From contig JBDRLQ010000003.1 in NCBI GenBank assembly GCA_043812915.1, forward strand, positions 128,047 to 192,046: 64,000 bases of DNA. Direction: 5' to 3'. Under the pieces are notes generated by a model. That model saw only the letters and a list, made by a program, of their open reading frames with translations, was not told the DNA's origin and did no database searches. This DNA comes from Candidatus Micrarchaeota archaeon. GTDB taxonomy: Archaea; Micrarchaeota; Micrarchaeia; Anstonellales; Bilamarchaeaceae. Position 1 is the first letter of the stretch; the number at the start of each line of letters is the position of its first letter. Both the position numbers and the translations under genes were made by a program. Positions 21,925 to 30,413 of this stretch are shown here, in pieces.

Positions 21925-24165
21925 ATGAGAGGAGGATACTATCTTGCGGCACTATTCCTGCTGCTTTTCGCATCTGTTTCTGTAGCTGCCCCAGTGGACC
22001 TGTTTCTATCTATTGACAACGGGAACGGGTTCGCCGATTCGGCGTCTGTCACACTGACCATCAACGGAAGCGCGGACGCGATGATATGCGCAATTTCGAA
22101 TGACGGCTCAACCTACGAGAACACAACCGAGGTGCTGACTTTCCCAGCGTCCATGGACATGGCATGGAGCCTTTCAGCTGGCGATGGGGAGAAGACAGTG
22201 CACATGAAATGCGCGAATGCCACGATTAATGCGACATGGTCGCCAGATGTCACTGACACGATAGTATTGGACACCGCCGCCCCCGAAGCCGATACTCCAA
22301 CTCCGGCCGATGGCGGAGCAACCTCAGACACCACCCCGCTCATTTCCATCCATATAACCGACCCTGGCGCGGATCCCTCTGAAATAAATGAGGGGAGCAT
22401 CGAGCTGGAGTTTGATGGGGAGAATGTCACGCACTCCTACAATCCAAGCACAGGGAGCGTGACGTATACTCCGACGGCCGCTTTAGGTGCCGGGACAATA
22501 GAGGCCAGGATATGGTTCGCGGACAACGCTGGCAATGATGCGCAGTTCTCATGGGACTTCACAATAAGCTCCGGGCCCACGCTCTCAGATTTCACTCCAG
22601 AGGACGACTTGGTGACTGATGCGGCCCGCCCGACGATATCGGTAACTGTGGGCGACCCTGGAGTCGGCATAAACACCAGCAGGACCGTATTCAAGATTAA
22701 TGGCGCTGATGAGGCGGATGAGACGCACTACTCGGCATCATCAGGTCTGCTCTCCTACAGCCCGCCCTCGAACCTTGCGGACGGCAATTACACTATCCAG
22801 GTCACAGTATATGACACAAGCGACATGTATGCGATAGCCGAGTGGATGTTCACGGTCGACCGGACCGATCCCTCAATAACGCTGCCCATGCCATCGGACC
22901 TTGAAACATTGTCCTCCCTGAGCGAGATATCCGTTACCGTTGAGGATTCCGGCTCTGGCCTGAACATGTCCACCCTAGAAATGATTGTAGATGGGGTTGA
23001 CGTTATGGACGGTGCCGATTTCGACTCCGATTCCGGAAGGCTCTCCTTCGAGTATGTGCAGGGCCTTGAGGCTGGCATCCACACCATCGAGGTGACCGTC
23101 GAGGACAATGCAGGCAATGGTCAGTCATATTTCTGGAGCTTCACGCTTGAGGCCAAGAAGCCCGTCGTATCAGGCATGTCCCCCAAGGATGACTCGGTAA
23201 TCTCAGACCTGATGCCCGAGATTTCCGCGATTCTCAGTGACAGCGGAACTTCCGGGCTTGACCTGGAGACCATCCGGCTGTATGTCGACAGCGATGAGGT
23301 CACTTCTGATTCCACATTTGATGTCAGCAGCGGAAAGATTTCTTACACCCCCGAGGAAGAGCTTGGGGAAGGGAAGCACACCGTGCGCGTGCGCGTCTCC
23401 AACAACGCAGATTACGAGACTGATGCGAGGTGGGAATTCAACATAGATTCCACGCTTCCCGAGAGGGCGACAAGCCTGCTCGTAACCCACGAGGGTGGCG
23501 TCAATACGCTCACATGGAAAGGCTCAACATCCGATGATGTTGCCGGGTACAAGATTTTCGCCTCAACAACAAAGTTCACTACGACCAGCGGAATCGGCTC
23601 TGTCGGGACCGTTGATTCGGACACCTATGAATTCACCCATACTGGTGGGGGTGTGAGGTACTATTACGCGATTGTTGCCTATGATGAATCCGGCAATGAG
23701 GGCGAGGCTGCCTTCGCCACGAACTGCGGAACGTACAAAAACGGCGTCTGGAATGACCTCGAGTGCTGCTGGGATTCGAACTGCGCATCCGGAAACTGCG
23801 ATGTCGGAACCAACACCTGCGCTGAAGGGGATGATTCAGAGCCCGAAGACCTCATAACCGCGGCAGAGGCTTCGGACAAAATCGATGAGGCTGAGGAAGC
23901 CCTTCTTGATGCCGCAGTTGCCGGAAAGGACATCACAATCGCAGGTTCGCTTATTGACCAGGCCAGGAGCGCTTTCAATGTGGGCAACTACCCGCAGGCG
24001 TACGAGCTTTCAGTCCGTGCCCTGAACGCGCTCGCGGCCGCCCCGCAGGAGGGCCTTCCAGAAGCAACGGAAGAGGGCTCCGGAAAAGAGCCGAACCCAT
24101 GCTGCCCGAGCATGTTCGTCATTCCACTGCTCCTTGTTTCAGCTCTTTTGTTCAGGAGAAGCTGA
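21925..24165 (+). CDS. Secreted surface protein with tandem Ig-like domains, an FN3-like domain and a C-terminal membrane anchor
   Basis: 746 aa. It has a signal peptide (YYLAALFLLLFASVSVAAP) and an N-terminal Ig-like domain. Four ~100-aa repeats share the pattern P.IS..v.D.G.Gi......DG......fd..SG.lSY.P...L..G.HT..V.V.D.AGN....W.F. These are followed by an FN3-like segment, a Cys-rich segment and a terminal CCPSMFVIPLLLVSALLFRRS. Confidence 0.65.
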   Translation: MRGGYYLAALFLLLFASVSVAAPVDLFLSIDNGNGFADSASVTLTINGSADAMICAISNDGSTYENTTEVLTFPASMDMAWSLSAGDGEKTVHMKCANATINATWSPDVTDTIVLDTAAPEADTPTPADGGATSDTTPLISIHITDPGADPSEINEGSIELEFDGENVTHSYNPSTGSVTYTPTAALGAGTIEARIWFADNAGNDAQFSWDFTISSGPTLSDFTPEDDLVTDAARPTISVTVGDPGVGINTSRTVFKINGADEADETHYSASSGLLSYSPPSNLADGNYTIQVTVYDTSDMYAIAEWMFTVDRTDPSITLPMPSDLETLSSLSEISVTVEDSGSGLNMSTLEMIVDGVDVMDGADFDSDSGRLSFEYVQGLEAGIHTIEVTVEDNAGNGQSYFWSFTLEAKKPVVSGMSPKDDSVISDLMPEISAILSDSGTSGLDLETIRLYVDSDEVTSDSTFDVSSGKISYTPEEELGEGKHTVRVRVSNNADYETDARWEFNIDSTLPERATSLLVTHEGGVNTLTWKGSTSDDVAGYKIFASTTKFTTTSGIGSVGTVDSDTYEFTHTGGGVRYYYAIVAYDESGNEGEAAFATNCGTYKNGVWNDLECCWDSNCASGNCDVGTNTCAEGDDSEPEDLITAAEASDKIDEAEEALLDAAVAGKDITIAGSLIDQARSAFNVGNYPQAYELSVRALNALAAAPQEGLPEATEEGSGKEPNPCCPSMFVIPLLLVSALLFRRS
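22270..23445 (+). repeat. Four tandem ~100-codon Ig-like domain repeats within the surface protein
   Basis: Protein-level repeats at approximately aa 116-213, 214-311, 312-408 and 409-507. They are divergent at the nucleotide level. Confidence 0.6.
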
Positions 24166-24182
24166 GCTCTGGAGAATTTGAA

Positions 24183-24303
24183 AGCCTCAGGGGGTATTCG
24201 AAACCCCGACCTCCCGCTTTCCTTGGAGGAGGGCAGTGAACGCAGTTCACAAAAACCTCCCGCTTACAAGGCGGGCGCTCTGACCAGGCTGAGCTACTGA
24301 GGC
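24183..24303 (-). tRNA. tRNA-Thr (anticodon UGU) with a 46-nt intron
   Basis: Manual fold of the minus strand: acceptor GCCTCAG/CTGAGGC, D arm GCTC-AGCCTGGTCA-GAGC, anticodon arm CCCGC-CTTGTAA-GCGGG, variable AGGTC, T arm GGGGT-TTCGAAT-ACCCC, discriminator T. The mature length is 75 nt and no CCA is encoded. With a canonical 37/38 splice the intron is 24219..24264. It contains a 6-bp hairpin, GTGAAC-TGC-GTTCAC. Confidence 0.8.
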
Positions 24304-24329
24304 ATTAGATTCTCTTTTGTATATCACAA

Positions 24330-24340
24330 CTTTTTAAAAC
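24330..24340 (-). promoter_or_regulatory. TATA-box-like element (gttttaaaaag on the minus strand) upstream of tRNA-Thr
   Basis: Its centre is about 32 nt upstream of the tRNA 5' end. Confidence 0.4.
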
Positions 24341-24404
24341 CGATAATCGCAGCGCGGAAATGACGTCTGTTTTTCTTTTTATAATAAAGAGCGGGTAGTT
24401 ATGC

Positions 24405-25487
24405 ATGAGGACCGGAACAGTCGACCTTCCGCTTCATCCTGGGAAGTGCCCGCCATGGCTGTTCAGGCGAATGCGGCCCCTCGCAAAAGCACTGAGTGTG
24501 ATAATCATTGATGAGTATGGCACAGCCGAGCTTCTCCGCCGCCTCTCAGACCCGATGTTCTTCCAGGCGCTTTCGTGCATCCTTGGTTTCGATTGGCACA
24601 GCTCGGGCACGACCACCACTTCCTGCGGCGCGCTAAAGGAAGCGCTCACTCCGGAAATGGGCGTTGTCGCGTGCGGGGGCAAGGGAAAGGCGGGCAGGAA
24701 AGCTCCGGAGGAGATTGCGGGGCATGCGGACATCTTCAATCTCTCCGAGTCGAAAAGGAAGGCTTTGCTTGAAGCAACGAAATTATCCGCGAAGGTGGAC
24801 AGCTCCTGCGTTCAGGACAACCACAATCTGTACCACCATTCTTTCTTCATGGATGAGAAAGGCGGCTGGGCGGTTGTGCAGCAGGGCATGAACCCTGCCA
24901 CTAAATATGCGCGCAGGTATCATTGGCTGCAGACGGAAAACTTCACTAAGAACCCTCCGGAGAGCATTGCGGGCGTGCGGTCTGGTGAAGTGCTCAACCT
25001 TGTTGGCGCCGATGCGGAGGGGGCCAGGGAGGGCAGCGTGGCGCTGGTCTCTGACAATCCGAACCGTCTGAGGAAATACTTCACCGGCCAGACCTGCCTT
25101 TTCGATTATGGGATGAAGACGCTTCCTGCAAGGCATGAAATTCTGCAGTGCGACTTGACCAAAAAGGACTGGCAGGTGCTCAATGACGCCTACGAACTCC
25201 AGCCCGAGAATTACAAGGAGCTTGTTTCGCTAAGCGGGATGGGGAAGAAGAAGCTGCGCGCCCTTGCCCTGGCTTCCAGGCTCCTTTACGGAAGCCGGCT
25301 GGACTGGGAGGATCCGGTGAAATACTCGTTCGCGCACGGAGGGAAGGATGGAATTCCGTATCCTGTGGACAGGAAGAACTACGACCACACGATAAGCTTC
25401 CTGCAGGGCGCGGTGGAGGGCGCTGAGCTCGAAAGCCGGGAGAAAACCGGGGCGCTAAAGACGCTGGCCGCCTTGGGAAGGGTTTAA
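24405..25487 (+). CDS. Conserved archaeal protein, DUF763-like
   Basis: 360 aa. The N-terminal LPLHPGKCPPWLFRRMRPLAKALSVIIIDEYGTAELLRRLSDPMFFQALSCILGFDWHSSGTTTT matches my memory of the DUF763 family signature. A TATA-like tttttataataaa lies at 24376-24388. Confidence 0.55.
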   Translation: MRTGTVDLPLHPGKCPPWLFRRMRPLAKALSVIIIDEYGTAELLRRLSDPMFFQALSCILGFDWHSSGTTTTSCGALKEALTPEMGVVACGGKGKAGRKAPEEIAGHADIFNLSESKRKALLEATKLSAKVDSSCVQDNHNLYHHSFFMDEKGGWAVVQQGMNPATKYARRYHWLQTENFTKNPPESIAGVRSGEVLNLVGADAEGAREGSVALVSDNPNRLRKYFTGQTCLFDYGMKTLPARHEILQCDLTKKDWQVLNDAYELQPENYKELVSLSGMGKKKLRALALASRLLYGSRLDWEDPVKYSFAHGGKDGIPYPVDRKNYDHTISFLQGAVEGAELESREKTGALKTLAALGRV

Positions 25488-25527
25488 TTTCTATTTCTTC
25501 CAATCTTTCTCCTTATTGGTGTTTCTG

Positions 25528-26589
25528 ATGGACATTGAAAGAAAAATTGAGCTCGTTAATAGAAAACCAACAGAAGAGGTGATAACCGAGGAAGGCCTTC
25601 GCGAGATGTTCGAGAATTACGCGCACCCAAAGCACTACATCGGGTTTGAGATTTCCGGAAAGGTGCATCTTGGAACTGGCCTATGCACCGCGCTCAAGCT
25701 CAGGGACTTCATCGAGGCCGGCATAAGGCCAACAATTTTCCTTGCTGACTATCATTCCTGGATAAACGGGAAGCTTGGCGGGGACTTGGAACAGATAAGG
25801 AAAATCGGGACCGGATACTTCAAGCACGCATTCATCTCACTCGGCCTTCCTGAAGACAAAGTCGATTACGTCCTTGCGAGCGACATTTATGACGAATCCT
25901 ACTGGCCGGAAGTATTGCGCATAACCAAGGACACCACAATCAAGCGCATGCTCCGCTGCATCACAATCATGGGAAGGAAAGAGAGCGAGGGCACAAAATC
26001 CTCCGCGATAATGTATCCAGCCATGCAGGCTGCCGACATCTTCAAGCTCGACGTCCAGATTGCCCACGCGGGCATGGACCAGAGGAAAGTGCACATGCTA
26101 GCCTGGGAAGTTGCCAGGAAGCAGGGAAAGAAATTCATCTCTGTCCACGGGCACCTTCTCCCGGGGCTGCAGGGGACGCAGAGGATGAACCCCACGGAGG
26201 ATGAAAAGATCGACGCCAAGATGAGCAAGAGCGTTCCTGGAAGCGCGATATTCATACATGATTCAGAGGATGACATAAGGAAGAAGATTAACAAGGCCCA
26301 TTGCCCTGATAAGGTGATTGAGGGCAATCCGATAATCGAGTACGCCGATTACCTTGTTTTGCGCGACGGCCCGCTTAGGATAGAGAGGCCTGAGAAGTTC
26401 GGAGGGGATATGGAGATTGCAGATGTCCAGGAGCTGGCAAAGGAATTCTCATCCGGCTCGCTCCACCCGGCAGACCTAAAATCAGCAGTCTCATCAGCGC
26501 TCATTGAGATACTCAGGCCAAGCAGGGAATACTTCCAGAAGCACAGCCAATACCTGAAGGATATTGAGTCGGTCACGGTCACTCGGTAG
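25528..26589 (+). CDS. tyrS: Tyrosyl-tRNA synthetase (class I)
   Basis: The Rossmann-fold N-terminus reads IGFEISGKVHLGTG. KMSKS is present (DAKMSKSVPGSAI), and there is a TyrRS-like C-terminal LHPADLKSAVSSALIEIL. The track ORF starts at TTG 25516; ATG 25528 is more likely. Confidence 0.8.
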   Translation: MDIERKIELVNRKPTEEVITEEGLREMFENYAHPKHYIGFEISGKVHLGTGLCTALKLRDFIEAGIRPTIFLADYHSWINGKLGGDLEQIRKIGTGYFKHAFISLGLPEDKVDYVLASDIYDESYWPEVLRITKDTTIKRMLRCITIMGRKESEGTKSSAIMYPAMQAADIFKLDVQIAHAGMDQRKVHMLAWEVARKQGKKFISVHGHLLPGLQGTQRMNPTEDEKIDAKMSKSVPGSAIFIHDSEDDIRKKINKAHCPDKVIEGNPIIEYADYLVLRDGPLRIERPEKFGGDMEIADVQELAKEFSSGSLHPADLKSAVSSALIEILRPSREYFQKHSQYLKDIESVTVTR

Positions 26590-26595
26590 CTTCCG

Positions 26596-27297
26596 CTAGG
26601 CCATCTTGGAGGAAAAGATTTCGAATATCTCCTTGGCATGGGGATGGTATATGCTGACGATGCTGCCGGGAATCCAGTTGACGCGCACATAGTCCCCGAT
26701 TTCGTCATTTCCTAGGCTGATATCCCTTATCCTGCTTTGTTGGGGATAGTAGTTGTATTCGAGATGGAAATCCAGCCTTGACTTGACCTCTGGCAGCTGG
26801 TCAATGCCCTTGTGCCATGCATTGACCTCGCCGAAGACTATGGGCATTATGAAAATGAACTTCGATTCGAATCCAGGGATGGCCTTGGGAGGCTGGATGC
26901 CTATCGTAATCCTTTTGTTGGTTACGATTACCTCGAATATCCGTTTGTGCGAATCCGGAATCAAGCACGGGGTTGGGCCGTAGACTATCCTCTCGCCTTC
27001 AATCAAGTCGAGCCTTGTGTCCACGTTGATGGTATATTTTTTGTGAAGTTCCCATATTACCCTGTCCAGCTCGGCAGCCCGCCTCTTCCCGATCCGTCGT
27101 TTGTAGACCTTTATGAGAATCCCGAAGACAATCGCATATAGGATCACCGCGATGAAGTATGCAGGTCCAATATTTATCGCGCCAGCCATGCCGGACGATT
27201 CCAGAATTGCACCGATTATGAACACGGGGATTGTGGCAAGTAGGAACAACAGCAGCGAGAATCCAACATAGGAAAAAAAGCGCATGAGCCTATCCAT
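26596..27297 (-). CDS. Hypothetical membrane protein (N-terminal TM helices plus soluble C-terminal domain)
   Basis: 233 aa. There are two to three hydrophobic segments in the first 65 aa, followed by a beta-rich domain. I recognise no family. Confidence 0.5.
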   Translation of the reverse strand: MDRLMRFFSYVGFSLLLFLLATIPVFIIGAILESSGMAGAINIGPAYFIAVILYAIVFGILIKVYKRRIGKRRAAELDRVIWELHKKYTINVDTRLDLIEGERIVYGPTPCLIPDSHKRIFEVIVTNKRITIGIQPPKAIPGFESKFIFIMPIVFGEVNAWHKGIDQLPEVKSRLDFHLEYNYYPQQSRIRDISLGNDEIGDYVRVNWIPGSIVSIYHPHAKEIFEIFSSKMA

Positions 27298-27334
27298 CGA
27301 TAATAACGTACATGGACATCTATTTATTCTTTCT

Positions 27335-27934
27335 TCAGATTCGCCCCAGCTCGTCCCCGTCGAACAGGAAGTTCTTCAGGATTTTCTCTCCGTATTCGGA
27401 GTGCCACACCTCGGGATGGAACTGCACGCTGTATATCGGCAGCTTCTCATGGCACATCCCCTCGATATTGCAGTCATCCGAGTGCGCCAGCTTGATGAAA
27501 CCTTTCGGGAGCTCTTTCACTTCGTCATAATGGGATACCCACGCGTTGAAGGTGCGCGGAAGGTCCGCCAGGATGGTGTCCTCCTGCTCGATAGTTATCT
27601 CCCCGATTCCGTACTCCGCGCTCTTTCCCTTATCCACCTTCGCGCCTGCCATATATGCAATCGTCTGGTGGCCATAGCAGATGCCAAGGAGCGGAATGTT
27701 CAGCTGCCCTGTCAGGACCTTTTTCGCGAGTATCTTGGCAAGGTTCTCAGGGTCATTGTATACGGAACTGGGCCCGCCCGAGAGGACTATCTTCTCCACG
27801 CCGCGCAGCAGCAGATCCTCTATCCTCTGGTAGCGGTCGTTGTTCCGCACCATTTCGGCTTCAAACCCGAAGTCGCGGCACTTCCTCTTTATCAGGTGGG
27901 TGTACTGGGAGCCGTTGTCAATGATGAGAATCAT
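27335..27934 (-). CDS. guaA: GMP synthase, glutamine amidotransferase subunit A
   Basis: 199 aa: MILIIDNGSQYTHLIKRKCRDFG...LLGICYGHQ...VQFHPEV. This is a class I GATase catalytic triad context typical of the separate archaeal GuaA-A subunit. Confidence 0.8.
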   Translation of the reverse strand: MILIIDNGSQYTHLIKRKCRDFGFEAEMVRNNDRYQRIEDLLLRGVEKIVLSGGPSSVYNDPENLAKILAKKVLTGQLNIPLLGICYGHQTIAYMAGAKVDKGKSAEYGIGEITIEQEDTILADLPRTFNAWVSHYDEVKELPKGFIKLAHSDDCNIEGMCHEKLPIYSVQFHPEVWHSEYGEKILKNFLFDGDELGRI

Positions 27935-28020
27935 ATGCTAGTGGATTTGCGGTGGAATGTTTAAATAATTTCTACTAGTGAGTGCTTGCCTACTGCCATC
28001 TTTTGGCAGGGGATGAAAAT

Positions 28021-28446
28021 ATGAAAAACTGGAAAATAGGACTATTAGCAGGCTTTTTGCTTGTCGTTTTGGCGGGGAACGCTTTCGCTTCTCCGTATGA
28101 ATGGCTCAGGAGTCCATGGGCTTCAACGTCAGGCACATTCAATGCGAATGCGAACAACACCAATAAGATTTATTGGTATCCTGAGACCAGTGGAAACTAC
28201 TATGAGTATAGGGCCCTTTACCTGCATGATGGTGATGATTGGGTCAGAATTACCGAATGTGACCATGCTGGCTACATAAACGGCAAAGCGACTGACGGAT
28301 GCTTCAACGTTCCATTCTGGGGGTGGTCTGCCGGCACTTACACTGCCAGGGCGACGATACAGTGGAGCGGATGTGGCAGCTACACGCCAACCCCCAATAC
28401 GGCTACTTGTGGCGATTATCACCAATTCAGCCTGACTTTGACATAG
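28021..28446 (+). CDS. Hypothetical small secreted Cys-containing protein
   Basis: A Sec-type signal (MKNWKIGLLAGFLLVVLAGNAFA) is followed by a Trp/Tyr/Gly-rich beta-type sequence with four Cys. The track ORF starts at GTG 27982. Confidence 0.5.
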   Translation: MKNWKIGLLAGFLLVVLAGNAFASPYEWLRSPWASTSGTFNANANNTNKIYWYPETSGNYYEYRALYLHDGDDWVRITECDHAGYINGKATDGCFNVPFWGWSAGTYTARATIQWSGCGSYTPTPNTATCGDYHQFSLTLT

Positions 28447-28452
28447 CCTGGC

Positions 28453-28475
28453 TTTTCTTTTTCCTTTCTTTTTTT
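28453..28475 (+). terminator. T-rich terminator
   Basis: ttttctttttcctttcttttttt directly after the stop at 28446. Confidence 0.5.
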
Positions 28476-28507
28476 CGGAATCATGCCATTTCAACTCCCA
28501 ACTCTAC

Positions 28508-28519
28508 CCTTTTTAAACC
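28508..28519 (+). promoter_or_regulatory. TATA-box-like element (cctttttaaacc) upstream of the RNA polymerase operon
   Basis: Lies about 90 nt upstream of the rpoH start. GGTGG at 28599-28603 serves as an SD before TTG 28610. Confidence 0.35.
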
Positions 28520-28609
28520 TTCCTATGGTAATCTATGATACTCAGGGGTTAGGCTGTTTAGTGGCAACGCTAGACTGTTTGCTGTGAGAGCGTTAAATGG
28601 TGGTCTCGT

Positions 28610-28864
28610 TTGGTAAAGAAGAAGAAAAAAACTACTCAGATAGTTGATGTTTTGGCTCATTCTCTCGTGCCGGAGATGAAGATACTTTCCGACGCTGAGA
28701 AAACAAAAGTCCTGAAAAAATACGACATTAGCGAGGACGAACTTCCGAGGATGCCTGCCAGCGACCCTGCAGTCCTTGCGCTCAAGGCAACTGCCGGAGA
28801 CGTAATCAGGATTGACCGGGATGAGCCCACGGGGAAATATCAGTGCTATAAATTAGTGGTCTGA
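28610..28864 (+). CDS. rpoH: DNA-directed RNA polymerase subunit H (Rpo5)
   Basis: 84 aa: HSLVPEMKILSDAEKTKVLKKYDISEDELPRMPASDPAVLALKATAGDVIRIDRDEPTGKYQCYKLVV. This is the RpoH signature, and the gene sits first in the rpoH-B-A string. The apparent start is TTG. Confidence 0.8.
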   Translation: MVKKKKKTTQIVDVLAHSLVPEMKILSDAEKTKVLKKYDISEDELPRMPASDPAVLALKATAGDVIRIDRDEPTGKYQCYKLVV

Positions 28865-28952
28865 AAAGGGCTGCGCACGTTCATTTGGTTTTATTTAGAG
28901 TTATCTCCGCATTTGCCGGGGATATCGGCCGGCAACGGCCAGAAACAAAGGT

Positions 28953-30413
28953 GTGGCTATGGTCAAAGGGTTAATTGATTCGTATTATAAAGCAAATACG
29001 CTGGTGAACCAGCAGCTTGTTTCATACAACAAGTTCCTGGATGTCGGCATTCAGAGGGTCGTCGACAGGATTGGGAGAATCCAGACAAATGTTGAGGGCT
29101 TCGAGCTCAAACTCGGAAAAGTGAGGATTGAGCAACCCCGATACTACGAGGTCAAGGGAGGGTATCGCCAGATAATGCCCAGCGAGGCTAGGCTGAGGAA
29201 CATCAGCTACTCCGCGCCCATCTTCCTTGAGATTGTCCCTGTTTTCAACGGCGTTGAAAGGCCGGTATACTCAGACGTCTTCATCGGTGAAATCCCGGTG
29301 ATGTCCAAGTCCAAGCTCTGCTACCTATCCCACATGGGCAGGGATGAGCTGATTGCGAACGGCGAGGACCCTGATGACCCTGGGGGGTACTTCATCATCA
29401 ACGGCAGTGAGAGGGTGCTCGTCAGCATCGAGGATCTTGTGCCGAACAAGCTCATAGTCACTAAGGAGAGGAAGGGCATCGTATCAAAAATCTTCTCCAC
29501 GCACCACGGTTTCAGAGCACGCTGTGTGGTCGACCGCAACGCAGACGGGATATTCACGGTGGAATTCCCTTCCACACCAACCGGCATATCATTCATCCAG
29601 ATGGTCAAGGTACTAGGTCTAGAGAGGGACGCTGACATCAAGAAGGCATTCTCTGAAGAGAAGAGGCTCCAGAATGATATCATCCTCAACCTGGAGAATG
29701 AGGCTACGACCACGAAGGACGAGGCCGTCGATGCCCTTAGCCGGAAGCTCTCTCCGGGGCAGCCGCCCGAATTCAGGCTAACCAGGATGGAGAACCTTCT
29801 TGACAACTACCTGCTTCCACACATCGGGGTCACCAAGACCGCGAGGATGGATAAGGCAAGGTTTCTGGTCAGGATGGCCGAGCGCGCCGTGCGCGTCGCC
29901 ACAAAGGAGATACCCTCCGATGACAAGGACCACTATGCCAATAAGCGCGTGAAGCTCGCAGGGGATCTTATGGAAGAGCTGTTCAGGTACGCATTCCAGT
30001 TCCTCATAAAAGACCTGGTCTACCAGGCATCGCGCGCCAACGCGCGAGGGAGGAGGCTGCAGGTGCACACGCTCATCAGGCAGGACGCGATGGGGGACCG
30101 CATCAGATACGCGATGGCGACAGGAAACTGGATTGCCGGGCAGACCGGTGTGTCTCAGCTCCTTGATCGTGTGAGCCACATCTCCACGATATCGCACCTG
30201 CGGAGAATCATCTCGCCGCTGAGCAAGAAGCATCCGCACTTCAAGGCCAGAGACCTGCATGGCACGCATCTGGGGAAGCTCTGCCCGAACGAGACGCCCG
30301 AAGGTCCAAGCTGTTCACTGGTGAAGAACCTTGCGGTGCAGGCCGAAGTCTCCATAGGCGTGGAGGAGGATGAGATTGTCCGCATCCTGAAGGCATATGA
30401 CGTTAAAGAATAG
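28953..30413 (+). CDS. rpoB2: DNA-directed RNA polymerase subunit B'' (N-terminal half of the split Rpo2)
   Basis: 486 aa with conserved blocks (LVNQQLVSYNKFL, GGYFIINGSERVLVS, GTHLGKLCPNETPEGPSCSLVKNL). Confidence 0.9.
   Translation: MAMVKGLIDSYYKANTLVNQQLVSYNKFLDVGIQRVVDRIGRIQTNVEGFELKLGKVRIEQPRYYEVKGGYRQIMPSEARLRNISYSAPIFLEIVPVFNGVERPVYSDVFIGEIPVMSKSKLCYLSHMGRDELIANGEDPDDPGGYFIINGSERVLVSIEDLVPNKLIVTKERKGIVSKIFSTHHGFRARCVVDRNADGIFTVEFPSTPTGISFIQMVKVLGLERDADIKKAFSEEKRLQNDIILNLENEATTTKDEAVDALSRKLSPGQPPEFRLTRMENLLDNYLLPHIGVTKTARMDKARFLVRMAERAVRVATKEIPSDDKDHYANKRVKLAGDLMEELFRYAFQFLIKDLVYQASRANARGRRLQVHTLIRQDAMGDRIRYAMATGNWIAGQTGVSQLLDRVSHISTISHLRRIISPLSKKHPHFKARDLHGTHLGKLCPNETPEGPSCSLVKNLAVQAEVSIGVEEDEIVRILKAYDVKE

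Noticed and set aside
27284-27964. A 226-aa plus-strand ORF overlapping the whole GATase gene.
   Set aside because: The minus-strand product has unmistakable class I glutamine amidotransferase motifs. The plus-strand product has no recognisable features.
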